From Candidatus Hydrogenedentota bacterium (lineage in GTDB: Bacteria; Hydrogenedentota; Hydrogenedentia; Hydrogenedentales; CAILVY01), in the NCBI GenBank assembly GCA_029565395.1, contig JAKQOG010000069.1, positions 14,322 to 78,321 of the forward strand: a stretch of DNA of 64,000 bases. Reading direction: 5' to 3'. Below are positions 8,220 through 16,800 of this stretch, piece by piece. The translations under genes were made by a program, and so were the position numbers. The notes beneath the pieces are model-generated. The model was not told the DNA's origin and did not search any database. It saw only the letters and a program-made list of their open reading frames with translations. The stretch's first letter is position 1; each line of letters opens with the position of its first letter.

Positions 8220-9995
8220 ATGAGAGCAAATGTTATCTTTTGGCCAGTGATTTTGATCATTTGTTTGAGTGCGGGGGCCTTCGCTCAGGAAAATCCGTGC
8301 AACATCGTTGTGTCACGCGATCTGCCCGCCATGTATATTCCAGGAGGAACGGTGGAGGTGGAGTTAACCCTGAGTGGAGGGGAATCCTGTGAAATCCTTG
8401 CCTTGGGAACGTATGAAGCGATTCCGGATGGCTGGACCTTTGTATCGATGAGTCCGATCAGCGGTACGGCGCCCCAAGTTTATCCGGCGGAAGGCGATTC
8501 GGACTTGCTTGAGTTTGCCTGGTTCACGATACCGGCGTTGCCTTGTACTTTTTCATATGTTCTGAATATTCCCTGGGATGCACACGGGGAGGAAACGTTC
8601 ACCGGGAACGCTGAGTACCGTTTATTGGGCGGGCCGTTAATGTCGGAGGAAACGGTTTCGACGATAGCAGGGCCTGAGACCGAGGGCCAGGGGGAGGGGG
8701 AAGCCTGGGGTGAAGCAGAAGGCCAGGGGGAGGGCGAAGCCGGAGGTGTTGGAGAAGGCCAGGGGGAGGGAGAAAGCGGAGATGAGGGGGAAGATGAAGA
8801 AGATGGCGCTGGTGTTAACATGCAATTTGTGCGAGAACTTTCCGTGGAGCGTTACACGCCGGGTCAGCCCCTTGACGTTACGATCACGATAAGTGTTTCG
8901 ACGGCGGCAGGATTAACGGCCGTGGGGTTCTATGAAAGCTTGCCATCGGGATGGGTTTTTAATGGGTTGCGCGGAATAACCGGCGAACCGCCGATTATAG
9001 CCCCGGCGCCGGGAGATATGGGCGTGTTGGAATTTGCCTGGATCCAAATTCCAGGGTTTCCCTACACCTTTGGTTATACCGTCACTCCTCCCGAAAGTTC
9101 AGGGGGTTTGGCGTCTATATGGGGTCAGACTGAGTATCGCACCAATGGGGGGGCATTAAAATCCCCAGTGGTCATCTCTGAAATCAGCGCCGTGGAAGAA
9201 CAAACGGAAGGGGAGGGAGAAGAGGGGGAAGGAGAAGTTGGGGAGGGGGAGGGCGAGGGCGATAATCCCTCAGGAATATCGTTGGATCAACAAATAGAGG
9301 CGGAAGAATATACTCCAGGCGAAGCGTTGGAAGTTGTCATTACCATAGATACAGAGACGCCGCAAGGATTGCGGGCGCTGGGGTTGTATCAGACCCTTCC
9401 AACGGGGTGGGTGTTTAATGGCATGCGTGCCATCAGCGGGGATCTTCCCCTGGTGGCGCCTGAACCCGGCGCCATGAACTATCTGGAATTCGCATGGATC
9501 GCCATGCCCAATTTCCCCTATGTGTTCGCCTACACTGTTACGCCGGCGGAGGATGCCTGCGCGCATGTTCAGATCCATGGCCGGATTGAATACCGGACCA
9601 ATGGCCCCGCGTATTTTACGCTCATTGTCGTTACCCGAATTGCCGGGCCGGGATGTGAACCCCCAAGGGTGATGTATCCCATCGCAAGGGTGTTATATCG
9701 TCATTTTAATTGTGCGGATGCCAATGATGACGGCTATCTCAGTTTCCATGAGGCATGTGAGATTATTCCGGGGCTGACCGCGGGCCAGTTTGCGCAACTC
9801 GATGTCGATCAGGATGTTCAGTTGTCCCCCTTGGAACTTTCCACGTATTTATGCGAACACGGCCCCGCTCATGGGTGCCTCGGTGGCGATTCTGTCTTAA
9901 TTACGTTATGGGACACGGTTAAAGAGTATCTTGGCGATTTAGTCGTGTTCATCTTGTTTATATTTTCATTAATTGTAGGCTACCGGCTGGTGTAG
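8220..9995 (+). CDS. Secreted, membrane-anchored repeat protein: signal peptide, 3 copies of a ~120-aa domain with no family assignment (one A-type, two B-type), Gly-Glu linkers, EF-hand/dockerin-like Ca-binding pair, C-terminal TM anchor
   Basis: Signal peptide MRANVIFWPVILIICLSAGAFA. Domain copies carry LGTYEAIPDGWTFVSM...LEFAWFTIPALPCTFSYVLNIP, then GFYESLPSGWVFNGLRG...LEFAWIQIPGFPYTFGYTVTPPE, then GLYQTLPTGWVFNGMRA...LEFAWIAMPNFPYVFAYTVTPAE. Linkers are EGQGEGEA... and [10 protein letters not shown]. The C-terminus has DANDDGYLSFHE...LDVDQDVQLSPLEL followed by the hydrophobic LVVFILFIFSLIVGYRLV. Confidence 0.7.
   Translation: MRANVIFWPVILIICLSAGAFAQENPCNIVVSRDLPAMYIPGGTVEVELTLSGGESCEILALGTYEAIPDGWTFVSMSPISGTAPQVYPAEGDSDLLEFAWFTIPALPCTFSYVLNIPWDAHGEETFTGNAEYRLLGGPLMSEETVSTIAGPETEGQGEGEAWGEAEGQGEGEAGGVGEGQGEGESGDEGEDEEDGAGVNMQFVRELSVERYTPGQPLDVTITISVSTAAGLTAVGFYESLPSGWVFNGLRGITGEPPIIAPAPGDMGVLEFAWIQIPGFPYTFGYTVTPPESSGGLASIWGQTEYRTNGGALKSPVVISEISAVEEQTEGEGEEGEGEVGEGEGEGDNPSGISLDQQIEAEEYTPGEALEVVITIDTETPQGLRALGLYQTLPTGWVFNGMRAISGDLPLVAPEPGAMNYLEFAWIAMPNFPYVFAYTVTPAEDACAHVQIHGRIEYRTNGPAYFTLIVVTRIAGPGCEPPRVMYPIARVLYRHFNCADANDDGYLSFHEACEIIPGLTAGQFAQLDVDQDVQLSPLELSTYLCEHGPAHGCLGGDSVLITLWDTVKEYLGDLVVFILFIFSLIVGYRLV
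8680..8815 (+). repeat. GAAGGN-type hexanucleotide repeat tract that encodes a Gly-Glu acidic linker
   Basis: DNA (GAGGGCCAGGGGGAGGGG/GAAGCC...)n encodes ETEGQGEGEAWGEAEGQGEGEAGGVGEGQGEGESGDEGEDEEDG. The reverse strand gives a spurious Pro/Ser ORF (8480..8821). Confidence 0.6.
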
Positions 9996-10186
9996 CGAAA
10001 TTTTGATGCCAGAAGACGGATTGGCTTGTGAAGGGGAAAGGGGAAAACACAAGCGCTTTAACGTATTGAATGGTCCTATTGTGTTATAATTTGATTACTT
10101 GATGCGGAAACGCGCGCGTGTCGCTTTTTTAACCGCCGTCTGCGTTGGTTGAATGTACGAACACTATGTGGAATAAGGATTTGGCC

Positions 10187-11128
10187 ATGAAACCGAGCTA
10201 TGTGATGTGGGTAACCGTTCTGTTGGGTGGAATAGTCCTGATGCCGCAGGCAGTGGCGGAGAATCCATTGGGCATGACCCTGAGCAGGGAATTACCGGAA
10301 ACGTATACGGCGGGCGGCACGGTGGAGGTAGAGCTTACGCTGAGTTGTACCGGCGTGGATACAATCCTGGCCTTGGGGGCTTATGAAACCGTTCCCGCGG
10401 ACTGGACCTTTGTCAGCATGAGGGAAGTGAATGGTGCGAAGCCTCAGATAGGTCCGCAAGTGGGCGATTCCGGCACGCTGGAATTTGCGTGGTTTTCCAT
10501 TCCTGCCTTGCCTTGTACCTTTGCTTATACGCTGAATGTCCCCGCCGATGCCCAAGGGTTAAAAACCTTCACCGGGCAGATTGAATATCGCTTAGGCGGC
10601 GGACAATTGTTTTCCGATGACGAAACCTCGACAATTGTGGACGTAGTGACGGAAGGCGAAGGCGCAATAGAAGGCCAAGCCGAGGGCGAGGGCGAAGGCA
10701 TTGTTGAAGGCCAAGGAGAGGGCGAGGGGGAAGGCATTGTTGAGGGCCAAGCCGAGGGCGAAGGCGAAGGCATGACGGAAGGAGAGGCGGTTGATACATT
10801 GGCGGCGGCGGAGACGTTGCAGAATGGGTTTTCACAAGCGGATCAGAATGCGGATGGTTCGCTCAGTTTTGCAGAAGCCTCCACCTTTGCAGCCGGGCTT
10901 ACGGAAGCGCAGTTCAACGAATTGGACACTAATGGCGACGGCAGTGTGACGGCGGTAGAATTGGCGGCGTATATTGAAGCGAACACGCTGGTCTGCGGGT
11001 GCAATTGTAACAAAGCGGAGATGTATTCCGGAGATTGGTTTAAACGTTCCCTTGGCGATCTGTTTCTTGCCGGACTAGGCTTGGTTATTCTTGTGGCGAG
11101 CGCCAGAATGGGCCGGTATGGACGTTGA
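10187..11128 (+). CDS. Paralogous membrane-anchored surface protein: signal peptide, one A-type ~120-aa domain, Gly-Glu linker, EF-hand/dockerin-like pair, CGCNC motif, C-terminal TM anchor
   Basis: LGAYETVPADWTFVSM...GDSGTLEFAWFSIPALPCTFAYTLNVP...FTGQIEYR. Linker EGEGAIEGQAEGEGEGIVEGQGEGEGEG. Ca-binding pair DQNADGSLSFAEAS...LDTNGDGSVTAVELAAYIEAN. Then CGCNCNKA and the TM segment LFLAGLGLVILVASARMGRYGR. Confidence 0.7.
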   Translation: MKPSYVMWVTVLLGGIVLMPQAVAENPLGMTLSRELPETYTAGGTVEVELTLSCTGVDTILALGAYETVPADWTFVSMREVNGAKPQIGPQVGDSGTLEFAWFSIPALPCTFAYTLNVPADAQGLKTFTGQIEYRLGGGQLFSDDETSTIVDVVTEGEGAIEGQAEGEGEGIVEGQGEGEGEGIVEGQAEGEGEGMTEGEAVDTLAAAETLQNGFSQADQNADGSLSFAEASTFAAGLTEAQFNELDTNGDGSVTAVELAAYIEANTLVCGCNCNKAEMYSGDWFKRSLGDLFLAGLGLVILVASARMGRYGR

Positions 11129-11302
11129 GCCGGAAAGACTTTGGAAGTTGATGTATAAGGGGGGCGCAGGCGGTGTGGTATAATCGCGGCAATAATGTGA
11201 AGTTGGGTGGAGTATGTCACCTTTTTCTCTTCCATCCGCGTTAAATTTATGTGGGCGAACACAGGATACAATAAGGGTTTAGCCGTGCAAAGAAGGAATG
11301 TA

Positions 11303-12085
11303 ATGCTGCTGGTGATTATTTTGGCGGCCACGCTGGGATTGATCCCTCAGGCCATGGCCGATAATCCGGTGGGCATGGCGCTGACCCGGCAATTGCCGGG
11401 CACTTATACGCCGGGCGGGCCGGTGGAAGTCCAGTTGACTCTGAGCTGCAGCAATGATGAGGGTGCCATCATGGCCTTAGGGCTGTATGAGACCGTTCCG
11501 GCGGGATGGACCTTTGTCAGCATGCGTGGCGTAAGTGGTGTGAAACCGCAGTTAGGTCCCACGGCAGGTGAATCCGGCATCCTGGAATTCGCATGGTTCA
11601 CCATCCCGGTTTTTCCCTATACGTTTGCATATACCCTGAATGTTCCCGCAAACGCCCAGGGGCAACAAACCTTCACAGGGCAGATTGAATACCGTTTGTC
11701 TGGCGGGGCCTTATTATCTGATTCTGTTGTTTCAACGATGGAAGCCGGCATTTTAGTGGCGGATGCGGAGGCGTTGCGGGACGGGTTTTTACAAGCGGAT
11801 CAGGATGCCAACGGGGCGCTGAGTTTTGAGGAGGCATCGGCCTTTTTAGCGGGCCTTTTGCAGGAACAGTTTGATCAGTTGGACGCAGATGGCGACGGGG
11901 CTGTCACGTTGGCGGAATTGAATGCCTATATCGAAGCGAACACGTCCGGCGGGGGCTGCAATTGCGGCAAGGCGGCGGCCTTTTCGAAGGATTGGTTCAC
12001 GCGTTCCCTGGGCGATATGTTTCTGGCAGGCGCAAGCCTGTTGATCCTGGCGGCCGTCTCTACATTAGGCCGCCGTGAAGAGTGA
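11303..12085 (+). CDS. Paralogous membrane-anchored surface protein: one A-type ~120-aa domain + EF-hand/dockerin-like pair + GGGCNCG motif + C-terminal TM anchor (no Gly-Glu linker)
   Basis: LGLYETVPAGWTFVSMRGVSGVKPQLGPTAGESGILEFAWFTIPVFPYTFAYTLNVP...FTGQIEYR. Ca-binding pair DQDANGALSFEEASAF...LDADGDGAVTLAELNAYIEANT. Then CNCGKAAAFSKDWFTRSLGDMFLAGASLLILAAV. The SD sequence GAAGGA precedes the ATG at 11303. Confidence 0.7.
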   Translation: MLLVIILAATLGLIPQAMADNPVGMALTRQLPGTYTPGGPVEVQLTLSCSNDEGAIMALGLYETVPAGWTFVSMRGVSGVKPQLGPTAGESGILEFAWFTIPVFPYTFAYTLNVPANAQGQQTFTGQIEYRLSGGALLSDSVVSTMEAGILVADAEALRDGFLQADQDANGALSFEEASAFLAGLLQEQFDQLDADGDGAVTLAELNAYIEANTSGGGCNCGKAAAFSKDWFTRSLGDMFLAGASLLILAAVSTLGRREE

Positions 12086-12131
12086 TTGGATGGAAAAGCG
12101 ATTTGAAACAAGAGAGGCAAAAAGACTAACC

Positions 12132-13562
12132 ATGGTCTATCCAGCAATGATACGAAGCCATGTTTTTTGCGTTGGCGCAAGCGTTTTAGGACTTCTTCTA
12201 GTTATCCTAAGCGGGGGGGCATGGGCGGATGCGATCTCCAAGGCCGGCGCAACCGTGCAGGAGGGGGAACTCAATTCGATAGATATGCAGCTTTTCCGGC
12301 AGTTTACGGTAATGGAATATACGCCGGGCCAGCCGTTTGAAGTAACGATTACGATGAGCGCTTCAACCACAGAGGGATTGACGGCCATTGGATTGTATGA
12401 GACCATGCCCCCCGGATGGGTTTTTAACGGGATGCGTGGTTTGACGGGGGATCCGCCCACGGTTTCCCCCCAGCCGGGGGATATGGGCGTGTTGGAATTC
12501 GCCTGGATTCAGATTCCCGAATTGCCGTACACCTTTGCGTATATCGTCACTCCGCCGGAAACGGGGGGCGGCGCGGTTTTTATCTCAGGTCAAATTGAGT
12601 ACCGCACCACTGGAGGGGCGCAAAAATCGCCGCCGGTTATTTCTAATCTGAACGGCCAGGACCGGATTGCTCCTACTATTACGGTGCTTGGCGCCAATCC
12701 CCTGGAGGTGACGCAAAATACCGCCTTTGCCGATCCGGGCGCTACGGCGAATGATAATGTGGACGGAGACATCAGCAGCCGCGTTCAGGTGATCGGGAAT
12801 GTGGATACGTCCACGCTGGGCATGTATACGCTGACCTACCGGGTCAGCGACCAGGCGGGGAATCAAGCGGAAGCCACGCGAACCGTACGAGTGGTTTCGG
12901 CATCCACCGGAACGGGCGGGGTGTATACCGGGGGCGGCACTTCTTCCACGGGCCGTACCGGCGGTACAAGCCGGAGCTCAGCGGGCACTTCTTCCGCGGC
13001 CGCGGCGTCCAAGCAAAATACCCAGAAACCGGCCAATGTGAATGTCAATGTAACTCCCGATACTACAGCCACTGCACGTCTGGCGGAAATGATGGCGAAG
13101 CGTGAAGAAACGCAAAACAAGCTGAAGGAAGCGCAAAAGCATGTGGCCACGCCGGCGAAGAATGAAGGCGGGAAACCGCCTGCAAAAAAACCGGGTGACG
13201 CCACGGGCACCCCCGCCGCTTCTACGGAAGGGCAAGCGGAGGAAACTACGGATGCCACCACTGCAAAACCCGCTGAACCACCTAAGGAGGAAGAAACCGC
13301 GGCGCCCGTTGCCGAGGAAAATACGGCGCCGGTAGCGTCAAAACCGCCGAAGGTATCCACTACGCCCCCATCCCCGGGGATTTTTGCCGTGTTGAAGGAG
13401 CGGTTTGCCCAGATGACGCCTTCGCAACTAGCTAGTTTAATGGTGGGCCTCGCCGTCGCACTTGCATTGTTAGCGTTTACCCTGCTGGCCTGGAAAATAG
13501 CCTATAGCCCGCCTGTCAGACGCCGTCCATCTATTGAAAATCCTGTTGAAGAAGAAAAATAA
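12132..13562 (+). CDS. Paralogous surface protein: signal peptide, one B-type ~120-aa domain, Ig-like (DUF5011-type) domain, Ala/Thr/Pro/Lys-rich low-complexity stalk, C-terminal TM anchor
   Basis: GLYETMPPGWVFNGMRGLTGDPPTVSPQPGDMGVLEFAWIQIPELPYTFAYIVTPPE. The Ig-like segment APTITVLGANPLEVTQNTAFADPGATANDNVDGDISSRVQVIGNVDTSTLGMYTLTYRVSDQAGNQAEATRTVRV matches the DUF5011 pattern. The low-complexity stalk spans about aa 280-440. The TM anchor is LASLMVGLAVALALLAFTLLAW. Confidence 0.65.
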   Translation: MVYPAMIRSHVFCVGASVLGLLLVILSGGAWADAISKAGATVQEGELNSIDMQLFRQFTVMEYTPGQPFEVTITMSASTTEGLTAIGLYETMPPGWVFNGMRGLTGDPPTVSPQPGDMGVLEFAWIQIPELPYTFAYIVTPPETGGGAVFISGQIEYRTTGGAQKSPPVISNLNGQDRIAPTITVLGANPLEVTQNTAFADPGATANDNVDGDISSRVQVIGNVDTSTLGMYTLTYRVSDQAGNQAEATRTVRVVSASTGTGGVYTGGGTSSTGRTGGTSRSSAGTSSAAAASKQNTQKPANVNVNVTPDTTATARLAEMMAKREETQNKLKEAQKHVATPAKNEGGKPPAKKPGDATGTPAASTEGQAEETTDATTAKPAEPPKEEETAAPVAEENTAPVASKPPKVSTTPPSPGIFAVLKERFAQMTPSQLASLMVGLAVALALLAFTLLAWKIAYSPPVRRRPSIENPVEEEK

Positions 13563-13643
13563 GGCATAGACAGTCTTTTTCTTCATTATAAAGGGGATTC
13601 CCTCATTTTTTTTGATTTCCGCACTGTTTTCACGAAACGTGGA

Positions 13644-13672
13644 TTGTGGAAATGCATCATTTCGTGTATACT
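13644..13672 (+). promoter_or_regulatory. Candidate sigma-70-like promoter (TTGTGG-N17-TATACT) upstream of the 1756-aa LRR protein gene
   Basis: A -35-like TTGTGG at 13644-13649 and a -10-like TATACT at 13667-13672 with a 17-nt spacer, in an AT-rich 320-bp intergenic region. The SD sequence GGAGGAAG precedes the ATG at 13881. It is unknown whether this lineage uses E. coli-type promoter consensus. Confidence 0.3.
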
Positions 13673-13880
13673 AATAGTGATGAAAATTAGTGCAGAGGAA
13701 TGATAGAGGGGTGTTGATGTGAAGGTTCCCCCGCAATGGGGGCCAAGGAATGCGATCTGGTGCAGAGGCTCGTGGCAACCATGAGCGTGCCTGAGTTACG
13801 GCATGCCGCACTATAAAAGAGCATTTCCGTTTTGGCTGAGACTTCCAAGTGGCGGTCTTGCGTGTAATGGAGGAAGAGAA

Positions 13881-16800
13881 ATGAGGCAGGAAATGCAGTC
13901 CACCATCCGGTATTTAAAGGGTGCTTTCGTTATTGCGTGTGTTGTGGTATTGCTGTGTCCACTGGCGGCTGCTTATCATTCGGCCGACATTGACCGAGAC
14001 AATACGATCAACCTATCCGAGTTGTTGCGCACAATACAGTTTTATAATAGCGGCGGCTATCATTGTGATGCCGGAGGGGAGGACGGCTATGCGCCCGGCC
14101 CTGGCAGCAATGCATGTTTACCCCACGCCTGTGACTATGCGCCTCAGGATTGGGTGATCAATCTTTCTGAATTGCTGCGGATGATTCAGATTTACAACAT
14201 TGGAGAGTATTACGACTGTCCTGAAGGTGAAGACGGCTTTTGCCCAGGAAAGGATCCGCTGTTGAATGAAGGCGAAGCCGAAGGTGAAGGCGAAGCCGAG
14301 GGTGAAGGCGAAGCCGAGGGTGAAGGGGAAGCCGAGGGTGAAGCTGAAATTGTTGTGTTTCCCGATCCGGGGCTGGATGCAGCAGTGCGCGAGGCCATCG
14401 AAAAACCCACAGGGCCCATTTATACAACCGATCTCGCCGGTACAGGATTCACGTTCTTAAATGCGCTCTATAGAGGCATTGTGGACCTCACCGGCTTGGA
14501 GCATTGCCTGGACCTTACGCATCTATACCTGAGCAGTAATAATGTTCCTGACATCAGCCCTCTTGGCGGGCTTACCAACCTAATTTACCTTACGTTGGGT
14601 TTTGATGAGATCTCGGACATCAGCCCCTTGGCCGGGTTAGTGAATCTCGAACACCTATATCTTGGTGGCAACCAGATTTCGGCCATTGGCGCATTGACCG
14701 GACTCACCAACCTGACGTACCTGGACATCAGTGACAACCAGATCTCGGATATCAGCGCCCTTTCCGGACTTGTCAATTTAACGGAGTTGTATCTCAGTGA
14801 CAATCAGATTTCGGTTATTGGTTCTGTGGCCAGTTCCACGAATCTGACGGACCTTGAACTCGCCAGCAACCAAATCTTGGACATTAGTCCGCTGATCAAT
14901 CTTACCAACCTGACGCATCTGGACCTTGATAGCAACCAAATCTCAGATATCGATGCCGTGGCGGGGCTCACCAACTTGACGGACCTTCACTTGTTCAATA
15001 ATCAAGTCTCGGATATCGCCGCTGTGGCGGGTCTCATCAACCTGACACACCTGTTCCTCAGCAAAAACGAGGTTTCGGATATTGGTCCTGTGGCGGGACT
15101 CAGCAACTTGGCGGAACTATATCTCTACAGAAACGAGGTTTCGGACATTAGTCCCGTGGCGGGACTTACCTCTCTGACGGAATTGTATCTCAACACAAAC
15201 CAGATTTCGGACATTGGTCCTGTAGCCGGGCTTACCAATCTGACGCGTCTGGATCTCAGTTTTAACGAGATCTCGGCTATCGACACTCTATCCGGACTCA
15301 CAAATCTGACAAATCTCGGTCTTGCAAGCAACCTAATCTCAGATATTAGCCCGCTTGTTGGCAATCCGGGTATTGGACCGGCTGATTTCGTGTACTTGAC
15401 GGATAATCCCCTCAGCCAAGACGCGCTATGTATTGATATCCCAATCCTGGAATCGCGGGAGGTCCACGTATATTACGATGGGGTATGCGGAGGTGAAGGT
15501 GAGGGTGAGGGCGGAGAAGAAGGGGAAGGCGGGGCCGAAGGCGAAGGCGAAGGCGAAGGTGAAGAAGAGGGTGAAGGAGAGGGTGAAGGAGAGGGTGAAG
15601 GAGAGGGTGAAGGTGAAGGCGAAGGTGAAGGTGAGGGTGAAGGGGAGGGTGAAGGGGAGCCCTCTTTATGCGACATCGACTCGTTGGACACTTTCTATAC
15701 CATGGCACTTATAGTTGTTGATACTGATGAAGATGGAGCGCTTTCGCTGGCGGAAGCAGAGGCGTTGTTCCCGGATGCGGGAACCTACTGGGAGAGCGTT
15801 GATGCCAACGGCGACGGTGTGGTCTCGCGTGAGGAATTCGTGAGTTCACCGGTGATTTTGAGTATTTTTCCGGTGATAGACGTGGATGGCGATAACGCGC
15901 TAACGCTTGCAGAACTTCAAACATTTGCCTCGGGCATTACGCAGGCAATGTTTAGTCTTTTGGACCACGACAGTGACAGGTTCGTTGAATGTCTGGATCT
16001 TGTTGCGCGCGATGAACATCTTCACCCCATCCCGGATGATGCTGACGGCGATTTCCTGGCGAATGATGAGGAGCGGATTCTGAGCAAGAATCCGCTTATC
16101 CCGGATGAAGACGGTAATGGCCTGCCGGATGGCGTGGATCTGGCGCGCTTGCTCTATGGAATGGTTGAAGGGCTGGAGGAATTCTCGTATCCGCCGATGG
16201 GGGATTTGCCCGCAGATCACGTTTTCAAGGTGATGGAGTACCTGCGGTGTGAAACGCCGTGTTCCGTCTGCGGTGAGATGTGCAACTGCGGCAATATCAT
16301 CGTTGTTAATCCGATGTTGCATGAGACCTGGGAGCAGGGGTTCCGTCTGCCCTTCATGGCGTTTCACTATATGGCCCATGACTCGTTGAGCTTCGGGTGG
16401 GACGGCAGTGCTTACATGGACCGTGTGGATGTGGCGGGTTTGATGGCCGCCCTTATTCTTTTGGGGGCGAATCCGCATTGGCTGCCCGTGGAGGATGATC
16501 TCGACGGCGACTTGCTCATGGCAAGTGAGGAAAGCGAATTGGGCTTGAATCCGGAAGTGCAGGATGAAAACAGCAACGGCATTCCGGATGGCGCGGATGT
16601 GGCGATGGAGACCGCGGCGCAGATTGAAGAACTCGAGTGGATCTACCTTGAGGGGCAGCCGCCGTACGAGATATGGCCACCTGACTTCGAGAAGACGCTG
16701 CCCACTGATCGCCTGTACGTACTGCATTTCGACTATATGGTTGACTGCGTTTACCACTGCTCGATCTGCGGAGAGGATGTGACCATCGGCCACTTGCAGG

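Noticed and set aside
8480-8821. Pro/Ser-rich 'proteins' (PSPSPS...) on the strand opposite the Gly-Glu linkers. Also 10525..10773, 10569..10835, 14210..14419, 15412..15708, 15473..15691, 28335..28736, 28884..29264, 29556..29840, 12863..13360, 43431..44027 and 43474..44010
   Set aside because: They are reverse-complement artefacts of GAAGGN repeats (GAA/GGN reversed gives CCN/TTC). They fall inside strongly supported genes.
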